From positions 475-64,474 of the forward strand of contig RDXY01000007.1 of the NCBI GenBank assembly GCA_004293045.1: a stretch of 64,000 nucleotides of DNA, given 5' to 3'. Made by a program: the position numbers and the translations under genes. The notes under the pieces were generated by a model. That model was not told the DNA's origin and did no database searches. It saw only the letters and a list, made by a program, of their open reading frames with translations. Origin of the DNA: Flavobacteriia bacterium. GTDB lineage: Bacteria; Bacteroidota; Bacteroidia; Flavobacteriales; Flavobacteriaceae. Shown here piece after piece: positions 1 through 8,875 of this stretch (position 1 is the first letter of the stretch; the number at the start of each line of letters is the position of its first letter).

Positions 1-162
1 AATTTGACTACTTATAAGTATGACGAGAAAGGAACTATAATAAAAGCTGTAAAATATGAAGGTGTTTATGATAACGACATTGATTCAATGTGTGATTATA
101 GTGATATTACAAGAGAAGTATTATCTCTAACTAATTCTAAACCGATATCAATTATCAATTAA
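1..162 (+). CDS. 3' end of a hypothetical protein running in from the left edge; probable cassette gene
   Basis: Frame 1 is open from base 1 to TAA at 160-162 (NLTTYKYDEKGTIIKAVKYEGVYDND...); frames 2 and 3 stop at once. Confidence 0.55.
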   Translation, partial: NLTTYKYDEKGTIIKAVKYEGVYDNDIDSMCDYSDITREVLSLTNSKPISIIN

Positions 163-262
163 GGGGATAAAATAAAAAAATTAATACCTTTAATCACTTA
201 AACTATTTTTAATAGAATTTAAATAAATTGAGAATTACGTATATAATAACAAAACAACGAAC

Positions 263-393
263 GGCTAACAGCGGTTTAGCGCAATGGCTGGTTTTGTATT
301 TCAGTAGGCGGAAAATCATCAAATAGAAAAAATGAGAACTTTAGACAACTAATTAAATAACCCGCCACTGCGCCAAGCCGCGGAACGTTGGCA
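263..393 (+). repeat. attC-like imperfect palindrome, site 1 (~131 bp)
   Basis: Left GGCTAAC-A-GCGGTTTAGCGCAATGGCTGGTT pairs with right AACCCGCCACTGCGCCAAGCCGC-GGAAC-GTTGGCA (19/23 stem match); AAC...GTT termini; GC-rich arms in AT-rich DNA. Confidence 0.75.
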
Positions 394-447
394 AACATTT
401 TAAAAAATGACAATTCCTGAAATAGGTTGACAGAAAATTAAAAACAT

Positions 448-1470
448 ATGATTATGAAAAAAATTAAAATATTATTATCACTGATATCAATAGGTATTAC
501 TTTATCGTGTAGTAAAGAATCCGAAGTAAATGATAATGATTCTCCTGATAATTATTATAAAGATAAAGATGTCGAAATAATTTTTGAAAATGACAGCGAA
601 AATGGAATAAACGTTATTTTTATGGGTGATGCTTACCTAAAAGCTGATTTAAAAAAAAATAATGGAAAATATAATCATGATGCTATTAAATCAATTGAGT
701 TTTTATTTAATTCACATCCGTTTTTTGAATACAAAAACCATTTTAATGCCTACATAATTTATGCTGAATCTTCAATAGTTAACTCTGGAAATGGTTTTAC
801 GGTAAATTATCCATTTGGGAGCACAACTGCTACATCATTTTTTCCGTACCCGATTATTACAAATTATAGTGCCCTGAATGATTATGTTTTTAAAGTAAAA
901 GGTCGGTCAATGACTAATAAAGATTTAATTCTTATGTCAGTTAACAATCAAACCGGAGGAAGCGCTGGTTTCGGTAACAACCTTGCAGTATTTGGTACAG
1001 CTGGATCAACAACCACTACTACTTCAGTATTTTCGGCTATGCTCCACGAAGTGGGTCATGCTTTTGCTTCACTTGGAGATGAGTATATTGTTCCCAATCA
1101 AAATTCAACCTATATTCCAGAAGGGCGAGCAAACCTTGATAACACTAATAATCTAAATCTTATTAAATGGAACCATTTTATTGGGTTGCAAGGATATTCT
1201 AGTGTTGGTGCTTTTGAAGGAGGAGGATATTTAGAATTCGGAATGTATAGACCCGAAGAGAACAGTATTATGAGAGGTAATATAGGCTCATATTTCAATG
1301 CACCAAGTCGAGAAGAAATAGTTAAAAGAATTATGAACCTAAGGGAAATTGATTATGATTTTAATTCATTTTTAACTTTAGATTATGGAAACCAATTGAA
1401 TAAGCAATTACAAACTAAAAAAAATAATAAAAATGAACGAGTTAATTGTGGCGCAGCTAGAGTTTACTAA
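448..1470 (+). CDS. Lipoprotein with peptidase M64-like zinc metallopeptidase domain
   Basis: Lipobox ITLS-C followed by SKESE; HEVGHAFASLGDEY zinc motif; GAFEGGGY..G.YRP..NSIM segment typical of M64; start may be 454. Confidence 0.8.
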   Translation: MIMKKIKILLSLISIGITLSCSKESEVNDNDSPDNYYKDKDVEIIFENDSENGINVIFMGDAYLKADLKKNNGKYNHDAIKSIEFLFNSHPFFEYKNHFNAYIIYAESSIVNSGNGFTVNYPFGSTTATSFFPYPIITNYSALNDYVFKVKGRSMTNKDLILMSVNNQTGGSAGFGNNLAVFGTAGSTTTTTSVFSAMLHEVGHAFASLGDEYIVPNQNSTYIPEGRANLDNTNNLNLIKWNHFIGLQGYSSVGAFEGGGYLEFGMYRPEENSIMRGNIGSYFNAPSREEIVKRIMNLREIDYDFNSFLTLDYGNQLNKQLQTKKNNKNERVNCGAARVY

Positions 1471-1498
1471 CAAAAATTACACTTTAACAAATAAATGA

Positions 1499-1640
1499 AA
1501 AACGTCTGCCAACACACGTTTGGCGCAATTGCGAATTTTGTGGTAAGTTCATGTTCACGTTTCGCAAGAAATATTATCTTAGTGGAAAATAATCAATTCC
1601 GAAGTTCGCAACTGCTTGAAGCGGCAGAAAGACGCTATAA
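1499..1640 (+). repeat. attC-like imperfect palindrome, site 2 (right end degenerate)
   Basis: TGCCAAC (1507-1513), then GTTTGGCGCAATTGCGAA resembling the site 1 left arm; right arm TTCGCAACTGC pairs with it; terminal ACGTT appears as ACGCT (1632-1636). Confidence 0.65.
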
Positions 1641-1664
1641 AAATATATTTTAAGTAATCCTATT

Positions 1665-2627
1665 ATGAAAATTTCAATTGCCTTTTATAACCCTAAACTA
1701 CCAAAAGACTTTCTAAATAATTTACAAATTTTGGGTGAGGTTAGCATTTTTGATGTAAAAAAATTATCTGAACAAGAAATTATTGAGAAAATGCCAGAAA
1801 CAGAAATTTTAATTTGTGGTAGTTCTGGAATTAGTAAATTAGGACAAACGGTTTTTGATGGATTAAAAAACTTAAAATTTATTGCCGTTTACGGCGTTGG
1901 ATATGATTGGATTGATATTGAGCAAGCGAGCAAAAAAGGGGTTGTTATTTCCACTACAATCGGAAGCAATTCTGAAGCAGTAGCCGAGCACATTTGGGGA
2001 ATGATTCTAAATTTATCAAAAAGAATTTCCGAGCTTGAAAGAAAAACTAGACTAACTGGAGAAACTAACGTAATGGATTACCCAGGGCTGGAAATTTTTG
2101 GAAAAACAATAGGCATTATTGGATTAGGGGAAATTGGAAAAAGAGTTGCAAAAATTGCAACCGGATTTAATATGAGAATTATCGGAACTAATAAAAGTGG
2201 TTCTAAAGTAGATAACATTGAAATCGTAAATTTAGAATATCTTTTAAACAATAGTGATGTCATCACTTTATGCGTTCCATTAGATGCAAATACAGAAAAC
2301 ATTATTGATGAAGACGAATTGAACATTATGAAAAAAGATGTAATTCTGGTAAACGCGTCTAGAGAAAAACTGGTAAATAAAAAAGCGGTTTTAAAAGCAC
2401 TTGCTGAAAAAAAACTTTTTGGATACGGCATTGAAACTGAAATCTTTGACCCAATTTTACCTAGCGATGACTATTTTAATTTTTCAAATGTTTTATTAAC
2501 CCCACATAACGCTTGGAATACAAAAGAATCAAAAGAAAATGATTTTTCAATCATGTTGCAAAATGTACAAGCCTTTATAGATAATAAGCCTATTAATGTA
2601 GTACGAATTAAAGATGCCGAAAAATAG
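1665..2627 (+). CDS. D-isomer-specific 2-hydroxyacid dehydrogenase family protein
   Basis: GVGYDWID, GKTIGIIGLGEIG Rossmann motif, NASR, LTPHNAW. Confidence 0.88.
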   Translation: MKISIAFYNPKLPKDFLNNLQILGEVSIFDVKKLSEQEIIEKMPETEILICGSSGISKLGQTVFDGLKNLKFIAVYGVGYDWIDIEQASKKGVVISTTIGSNSEAVAEHIWGMILNLSKRISELERKTRLTGETNVMDYPGLEIFGKTIGIIGLGEIGKRVAKIATGFNMRIIGTNKSGSKVDNIEIVNLEYLLNNSDVITLCVPLDANTENIIDEDELNIMKKDVILVNASREKLVNKKAVLKALAEKKLFGYGIETEIFDPILPSDDYFNFSNVLLTPHNAWNTKESKENDFSIMLQNVQAFIDNKPINVVRIKDAEK

Positions 2628-2749
2628 AAAATCACACTTGTACCTCAACCTATTTTTTGCAACAAAATCAAAATTTCCTTAAGGGTGAATCAAAAAAAAG
2701 TTATTAAAACTACAAAAAAAAGTGAGTAAAAAAATCGATTTTCTAAAAA

Positions 2750-2784
2750 TAGTAAAAGCCAGAAGTTTGTTCTAGCTTTTACTA
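2750..2784. terminator. Hairpin between convergent genes, probable bidirectional terminator
   Basis: TAGTAAAAGCcAGAA-gtttg-TTCTaGCTTTTACTA. Confidence 0.55.
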
Positions 2785-2798
2785 GTATGTCAAGTCGT

Positions 2799-3494
2799 TT
2801 ATTCTAAAACAAAGCTAACTGAAACGTTGGATACAATTTCAATTTCTCCAATTGCAAGTGTTTCTCTTGGTTGAGCGGCATCACTCACAGCCATAAATTC
2901 TTTAGCCATTAAAACGGGTTGCGGATAATTCGTTTGCGAATTATCAGAAATTGAAATGGCTTTCCCAACTTTTTGTCCTGGCAATACTGAAACGTAATCA
3001 TCCGCTTTTTTCTTTGCATTTAACATGGCTTTTTTTCTTGCTTCGGATTCAAATACTTCCATTTTTGATGAGTTAAAACTTACTCCATTTATAACATTTA
3101 TGCCTGTATCCATTATGTCCATCATAAATGCATCGTATTTAGAAAGGTCTTTTAAGGTAACCGAAATTGTTTGATTGGCTTGGAACGAATGTTTCTTTTT
3201 CTCGTAATCAAAGTTCTTATACAAACTCATCTGAGTAGTTTGATAATCTGCTACTGGAATTCCAAATTTTTTAATGTATGTAATGACTTTATCAATAGTT
3301 ACATCATTTAACTGCTTAACTTCTTTTGGATCTTTTCCGTGGTTCTGCACACCCAATTGAATAACTGCTATGTCTGGAGCAACTAAAATTTTTCCTTCAC
3401 CAGAAATGGAAATTTGTGGCGAAAATTTGGTTTGTTCTTGACTCATTCCAACCATAGAGATGAATCCTGTAAGTAGTAAAATAACTTTGTTCAT
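2799..3494 (-). CDS. SIMPL (DUF541) family exported protein
   Basis: Signal peptide; ISISGEGKILVAPDIA; C-terminal GEIEIVSNVSVSF. Confidence 0.85.
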   Translation of the reverse strand: MNKVILLLTGFISMVGMSQEQTKFSPQISISGEGKILVAPDIAVIQLGVQNHGKDPKEVKQLNDVTIDKVITYIKKFGIPVADYQTTQMSLYKNFDYEKKKHSFQANQTISVTLKDLSKYDAFMMDIMDTGINVINGVSFNSSKMEVFESEARKKAMLNAKKKADDYVSVLPGQKVGKAISISDNSQTNYPQPVLMAKEFMAVSDAAQPRETLAIGEIEIVSNVSVSFVLE

Positions 3495-3541
3495 AATTGA
3501 TATATTTAGGATACTAAAATTAAAATCAAATAATATGCCAA

Positions 3542-4180
3542 TTATATTTTTTTGGTTTTTACTAAATACATTAAAACTACAATTGGGATTAATAAAATTC
3601 CAATAAAAATTAGTCTGGATTGAAATAAACTTGGTACCAAAAGTAATGTTATTAACAAACCACCTATGGCACCACCTAAATGTGCGGTATGCCCAATATT
3701 ATCCTGCCTTCCTTTCATACCATAAACGGAATAGCCCAAATACAGAAACGCAAAAATATATCCCGGTATAGGAATGGCAAAAAACATTCTTAACTCGATT
3801 TCTGGATACAACAAAATGGCACAATAAATAATTCCTGTCACAGCACCAGAAGCACCAATAGCAGAATAATAGGGTTCGTTTTTATGTATGTAATAGGTTA
3901 ACAAACTACCAATTAACATACTTCCAAAATAAATAATTAGAAAATTTATAGTACTAAATTCTTGAGTTAAAAAATTGGCAAAACTCCAAAAACTAAACAT
4001 ATTAAATGCAAAATGAAACCAATCGGCATGTAAAAAACCAGATGTAATCATCCGAAATTGTTCGCCTGATTTAATTTTTGAAATGTTGAATTTAAAACGA
4101 TCAAAAAATGTAGCATTGGACAAACCCATAAACGTAACCAAGGTTGTACAAGCAATAATAATGGTTGAAACAGAATACAT
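3542..4180 (-). CDS. Rhomboid intramembrane serine protease
   Basis: HADWFHFAFNM, GASG catalytic Ser, AHLGG. Confidence 0.9.
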   Translation of the reverse strand: MYSVSTIIIACTTLVTFMGLSNATFFDRFKFNISKIKSGEQFRMITSGFLHADWFHFAFNMFSFWSFANFLTQEFSTINFLIIYFGSMLIGSLLTYYIHKNEPYYSAIGASGAVTGIIYCAILLYPEIELRMFFAIPIPGYIFAFLYLGYSVYGMKGRQDNIGHTAHLGGAIGGLLITLLLVPSLFQSRLIFIGILLIPIVVLMYLVKTKKI

Positions 4181-4301
4181 ATCTAAATAAATTAATGAAG
4201 CTAAAGGTACTATAAATATTGAAAAATCAATAAGAAAAACATATTATGCCATAATTTTTTAAGAAATAACAAAACATGTATATTTGTAAAAAAAAACATT
4301 C

Positions 4302-5174
4302 ATGCAATTTCTATTATATCTTATAATTTACCCTTTGATTTGGATTATATCTATACTACCTTTTCCTGTATTATACTTATTATCTGACATTGTATACTTT
4401 CTTGTTTATCGTGTTTTTAAATATCGAAAAAGAGTAGTGCGTGGAAATATTGCGCTAGCACTTCCGCAGCTATCTGAAAGTGAAAGAACGGTTATTGAGA
4501 AAAAATTCTACGCTCATCTGTGCGATTTATTTCTAGAAATGATAAAAACATTATCTATTTCAAAAAAAGAAATTGAAAAACGCTACACTTTTTCAAATAT
4601 GGAAGTGTACTATGATTTAGAAAAAAAAGAAAAGAGTATTGCTTTGTTGTGTGCGCATTATGCAAGTTATGAATGGGCCGTTTCTATGAATTATCATATT
4701 CACTTTAAGGGTTATGGCGTATATAAAAAATTAGCCAATCCGTATTTTGATAAATTAGTACGAAAAATCCGTTCTAAATTTAAAAGTCATTTAATCGATA
4801 GTAAAGAAACCATTCCTACGATGGCATCTAATTTTAGAAACAAAACGTTTAGTTTATATGGTTTAGTAAGTGACCAATCACCCAAATTAAGTGCTACCCA
4901 TCACTGGCAAAAATTTATGGGTATTGAAGTTCCTGTGCATACCGGAGGCGAAATGTTAGCCAAAAAATACGATATGAATGTGATTTTCTTAAAGACAAAG
5001 AAACTAAAACGTGGGTATTATGAAGCTAGTTTTGAAGTGCTATCCGATGGAAATGCAAAAGATGTTCCAAATTACGAAATCACCGATAATTTCCTAAAAT
5101 TGGTAGAACAACAAATTTATGACGCACCCGAATTTTACTTATGGACGCATAAACGCTGGAAGCATATGAGGTAA
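4302..5174 (+). CDS. Lipid A biosynthesis acyltransferase (LpxL/HtrB family)
   Basis: N-terminal TM, HYASYE, DQSP, PEFYLWTHKRWK. Confidence 0.88.
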   Translation: MQFLLYLIIYPLIWIISILPFPVLYLLSDIVYFLVYRVFKYRKRVVRGNIALALPQLSESERTVIEKKFYAHLCDLFLEMIKTLSISKKEIEKRYTFSNMEVYYDLEKKEKSIALLCAHYASYEWAVSMNYHIHFKGYGVYKKLANPYFDKLVRKIRSKFKSHLIDSKETIPTMASNFRNKTFSLYGLVSDQSPKLSATHHWQKFMGIEVPVHTGGEMLAKKYDMNVIFLKTKKLKRGYYEASFEVLSDGNAKDVPNYEITDNFLKLVEQQIYDAPEFYLWTHKRWKHMR

Positions 5175-5227
5175 TAGGTGAAGGGTGAAGGGTGTTGGGT
5201 TTAGGGTAAAAGGCAAAAAGTAAAAAG
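5172..5227 (+). repeat. Degenerate 7-bp tandem array (8 units), G4-compatible
   Basis: TAATAGG TGAAGGG TGAAGGG TGTTGGG TTTAGGG TAAAAGG CAAAAAG TAAAAAG. Confidence 0.8.
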
Positions 5228-5241
5228 TGTACTATTCATTT

Positions 5242-6726
5242 TTAAAGAAACCAACTTTTAACCATTTCAACTTCTGGTCTAGTATCGTTTTTATGATTGA
5301 AATCGTTTTTAATTGGATTGTAAACATAATCTTCTTGCCAAGTAGTAAAGTTTTCTGCTACATCAAGAATCGCATCACAAACCAACTGAATTTCTTCTGA
5401 AGTAGTTGTGGGATGAATGGACATTCTAATCCAACCAGGTTTATTGGTTAAATCGCCTTCGTTAATACTACAAGTGATAGAATTTGATGTTTCTTGGTTT
5501 ACATTTAGCAAATAATGTCCATACGTTCCGGCACAACTACAACCACCACGAACTTGAATGCCGAATTTATCATTTAATAATTTTACACCTAAATTAAAGT
5601 GTAAATCGGTAATGTAAAATGAAATTACCCCTAACCTATCCGAATGTTCTGCCGCTAAAATATGTATGTTTTCAATTGGCGCTAATCGTTCAAAAATGTA
5701 ATCTACCAATTCGTGCTCTCTATCTAAAATGTGTTGCACGCCCATTTTTTCTTTCAATTGAATCGCAAGTGCCGTCTTTATCACTTGTAAGAAACCAGGT
5801 GTTCCACCATCTTCCCTATCTTCAATATTATCAATATATTGGTGTTCGCCCCAAGGGTTTGTCCAAGAAACCGTTCCGCCACCAGGACAATCTGGAATGT
5901 TGTTTTTATATAATTCTTTATTAAAAATCATCACTCCACAAGAACCAGGTCCGCCTAAAAATTTATGTGGCGAAAAGAAAATCGCATCTAAATACGCTTC
6001 ATTATCATCTGGATGCATGTTAATTTCCACATAAGGTCCGGAACAAGCAAAATCAACAAAACAAACACCATTATTTTGATGCATAATTTTAGCTACTTCA
6101 TGATAAGGCGTTCTTATACCTGTTACGTTAGAACATGATGTAATAGAGGCAATTTTAAAACTTCTATCCTTATATTGGTGTACTAATTTTGTAAAATTAT
6201 CTATAGAAAACAAACCCTTGTCATCTGCAGGAATCACAACTACATCTGCAATAGTTTCTAACCAAGAAGTTTGATTAGAATGGTGCTCCATGTGGGAAAT
6301 AAACACAATGGGCTTAATTTCATTTGGGATAGTAGTATATTCTTTTAAATTTTCAGGAATTCGCAACCCTAAAATACGCTGTAATTTATTTACAACGCCT
6401 GTCATTCCGGTTCCATCCGTAATCAAAACATCATTAGCAGTGGCATTTACATGGTGTTTTATAATATGACGCGCTTCATGATATGCCAGTGTCATAGCCG
6501 TTCCAGTAATTGAAGTTTCTGTATGCGTATTAGCAACAAAAGGTCCGAAAGTATCCATTAGTTTTTCTTCAATTGGTCGATACAATCGGCCGCTTGCTGT
6601 CCAATCTGTATAAACAATGTTTTGTTCTCCAAAAGGAGACAAAAAAGATTGATTAATACCAATGATCTCTTTCCTAAACTGCTGAAAATAAGTTTCTAAC
6701 TTAGATTTTGTTTCTATTGCATTCAT
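5242..6726 (-). CDS. Class V PLP-dependent enzyme (cysteine desulfurase/selenocysteine lyase-like)
   Basis: MEHHSN, SPHKFLGGPG PLP lysine, RGGCSCAG; ATG 6726 lies downstream of a TATATTTG promoter motif. Confidence 0.85.
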   Translation of the reverse strand: MNAIETKSKLETYFQQFRKEIIGINQSFLSPFGEQNIVYTDWTASGRLYRPIEEKLMDTFGPFVANTHTETSITGTAMTLAYHEARHIIKHHVNATANDVLITDGTGMTGVVNKLQRILGLRIPENLKEYTTIPNEIKPIVFISHMEHHSNQTSWLETIADVVVIPADDKGLFSIDNFTKLVHQYKDRSFKIASITSCSNVTGIRTPYHEVAKIMHQNNGVCFVDFACSGPYVEINMHPDDNEAYLDAIFFSPHKFLGGPGSCGVMIFNKELYKNNIPDCPGGGTVSWTNPWGEHQYIDNIEDREDGGTPGFLQVIKTALAIQLKEKMGVQHILDREHELVDYIFERLAPIENIHILAAEHSDRLGVISFYITDLHFNLGVKLLNDKFGIQVRGGCSCAGTYGHYLLNVNQETSNSITCSINEGDLTNKPGWIRMSIHPTTTSEEIQLVCDAILDVAENFTTWQEDYVYNPIKNDFNHKNDTRPEVEMVKSWFL

Positions 6727-6742
6727 GCTATGAAATTTGTTA

Positions 6743-6793
6743 CAAATATACATTTTATTACACATCTTATAAAAATTTTATTCTGTAACTTTG
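6743..6793. promoter_or_regulatory. Back-to-back Bacteroidota -7 promoter motifs (TAnnTTTG)
   Basis: TATATTTG on - strand (6743-6750) and TAACTTTG on + strand (6786-6793) between divergent genes. Confidence 0.6.
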
Positions 6794-6810
6794 TGAATAA
6801 TTTCATTCAA

Positions 6811-8376
6811 ATGCCTATTTCATTTCTTCATAAATTTACCGCTACTTTACCTTCAGATCCTATTGAAGAAAATTTTACGCGTCAAGTAAATCATGCTGCT
6901 TTTTCATTTGTAAAACCAAAAATACCTAGTCATCCAAAACTACTTCATCTGGCAAAAGAAGTTCAAGATTTAATTGGTTTTTCGGATGATTTTGTTGCTT
7001 CAGAGGCATTTTTAAATTTAATATCTGGTGCCAAAATTGTTGAAAATGCAAAACCATTTGCTATGAACTATGCCGGACATCAATTTGGAAATTGGGCAGG
7101 ACAACTTGGAGATGGCAGAGCTATAGTTTTGGGCGAAATTGAACACAAAAATCAGCTTTTTACTTTACAATTAAAAGGCGCAGGACCAACACCTTATTCC
7201 AGACGAGCGGACGGTTTAGCGGTATTGCGTTCCTCGATTCGTGAACATTTGTGTAGTGAAGCTATGTTTCATTTGGGCGTTCCAACAACCCGTTCGTTAT
7301 CATTAGTTTCTACTGGTGATGAAGTGGTACGAGATGTTATGTACGATGGAAATGCCGCATTAGAAAAAGGGGCTATTGTATGTAGAATTGCGCCAAGTTT
7401 TATTCGGTTCGGAAGTTTTGAATTGTTTTCGTCTCAAAATGATATTGAAAATTTAAAATTACTTGCCGATTATACGATTACAAATTATTACCCTGAAATT
7501 ACTACAACAGGAAAAGAAAAATACCTTGCATTTTTTAAAACTGTTGCCAAAAAAACAAGACAATTACTACTTCATTGGCAACGTGTGGGTTTTGTGCATG
7601 GCGTAATGAATACCGATAACATGAGTATTCACGGCATTACAATTGATTACGGACCTTACGGATGGCTTGAAGATTACAACCCGAATTGGACACCAAACAC
7701 CACTGATGCAACTGGCAAAAGATACCGATTTGGCAACCAATCAAATATTGCATTATGGAATTTATATCAATTGGCAAATGCATTATATCCGTTAATTGAA
7801 GAAGCAGCGCCTTTGGAAGAAATTCTTAATGATTTTGCGAAAAAATACGATGAAGATTTTTTAGAAATGATGCTGAAAAAATTGGGTATTACATCAAAAA
7901 ATGACGAAAATGAAAAGCTGATTCAACAATTACTATATAATTTAGAACAAACGGAAACAGATTACACCATTTTCTTTAGAAATTTTAATCGGATGGAAAA
8001 AACAGATACAAGTGAAGCTTGTGTAGCAAAAATTACTGATGCGTTTTACAAACCTGAAGAAGTTACAGGAATTATTTTAGAAACTTGGCATTTTTGGTTT
8101 GCACATTATGTAACACTTTTAAATAAAGAAGTCCTTTCAAATAATGAGCGAAAAACGCTTCAAAATTCGGTTAATCCGAAATATGTTTTGCGAAATTACA
8201 TGGCGCAAATGGCAATTGAATTGGCAGAAAAAGAAGATTATTCGTTATTAAATGAATTATACCAACTGCTTTTGCATCCGTATGCGGAACAACCCGAATT
8301 TGAAAAATGGTTTGCTAAAAGACCCGATTGGGCAAGAGAAAAAATAGGAAGTTCTATGCTAAGTTGTAGTTCTTAA
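6811..8376 (+). CDS. selO: Protein adenylyltransferase SelO (YdiU/UPF0061)
   Basis: YAGHQFG, QLGDGRA, LKGAGPTPYSR, GFVHGVMNTDN, C-terminal LSCSS; ATG 6811 preferred. Confidence 0.92.
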   Translation: MPISFLHKFTATLPSDPIEENFTRQVNHAAFSFVKPKIPSHPKLLHLAKEVQDLIGFSDDFVASEAFLNLISGAKIVENAKPFAMNYAGHQFGNWAGQLGDGRAIVLGEIEHKNQLFTLQLKGAGPTPYSRRADGLAVLRSSIREHLCSEAMFHLGVPTTRSLSLVSTGDEVVRDVMYDGNAALEKGAIVCRIAPSFIRFGSFELFSSQNDIENLKLLADYTITNYYPEITTTGKEKYLAFFKTVAKKTRQLLLHWQRVGFVHGVMNTDNMSIHGITIDYGPYGWLEDYNPNWTPNTTDATGKRYRFGNQSNIALWNLYQLANALYPLIEEAAPLEEILNDFAKKYDEDFLEMMLKKLGITSKNDENEKLIQQLLYNLEQTETDYTIFFRNFNRMEKTDTSEACVAKITDAFYKPEEVTGIILETWHFWFAHYVTLLNKEVLSNNERKTLQNSVNPKYVLRNYMAQMAIELAEKEDYSLLNELYQLLLHPYAEQPEFEKWFAKRPDWAREKIGSSMLSCSS

Positions 8377-8377
8377 A

Positions 8378-8427
8378 TTAGACGTATTAGACTTCTTAGA
8401 TTGTTAGATATTTAGATATTTAGATTT
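8378..8427 (+). repeat. 8-9-bp tandem array with TTAGA core (6 units)
   Basis: TTAGACGTA TTAGACTTC TTAGATTG TTAGATAT TTAGATAT TTAGATTT. Confidence 0.75.
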
Positions 8428-8466
8428 TCTGAAAGCTGTTTATATATAAATTTAAAATACAAGATT

Positions 8467-8874
8467 ATGATAACCGTTAGTACCACTATCAAAAACAAAA
8501 CCATTGCTGAAGTTTGGGATTTTTTTACCAATCCAATACATGTTATTAATTGGAATTTTGCTGGCGACGATTGGCATTGTCCTAAAGCAGCAAACCATTT
8601 AGAAGTGGGTAAATCGTTTACGTATAGGATGGAAGCAAAAAATGGAGAAACGGGTTTCGATTTTACAGGAATTTATACAGAAATTGAACCTTTATCCAAA
8701 ATAAATTATGTTTTAGCAGATGATAGAAAAATTTTTATCACTTTTACTGAAATCGAAAATGGGATTGAAATAGTTGAAAAATTTGATCCGGAAAATGAGA
8801 ATCCAGAGGACATGCAACAAGCAGGATGGCAAATGATTTTAGATAATTTTAAAAAGTATATTGAAAAAAATTGA
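8467..8874 (+). CDS. SRPBCC/AHSA1 domain protein
   Basis: WNFAGDDWHCP, GFDFTG, QQAGWQMILDNFKKY. Confidence 0.85.
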   Translation: MITVSTTIKNKTIAEVWDFFTNPIHVINWNFAGDDWHCPKAANHLEVGKSFTYRMEAKNGETGFDFTGIYTEIEPLSKINYVLADDRKIFITFTEIENGIEIVEKFDPENENPEDMQQAGWQMILDNFKKYIEKN

Positions 8875-8875
8875 T

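Noticed and set aside
2628-2700. A third attC-like site after the dehydrogenase (TATTTTTTGCAAC)
   Set aside because: Only a weak AT-rich match; no GCGCAAT arm or palindrome follows
8350-8376. Selenocysteine in SelO
   Set aside because: The C-terminal codons are AGT TGT AGT TCT TAA; there is no in-frame TGA
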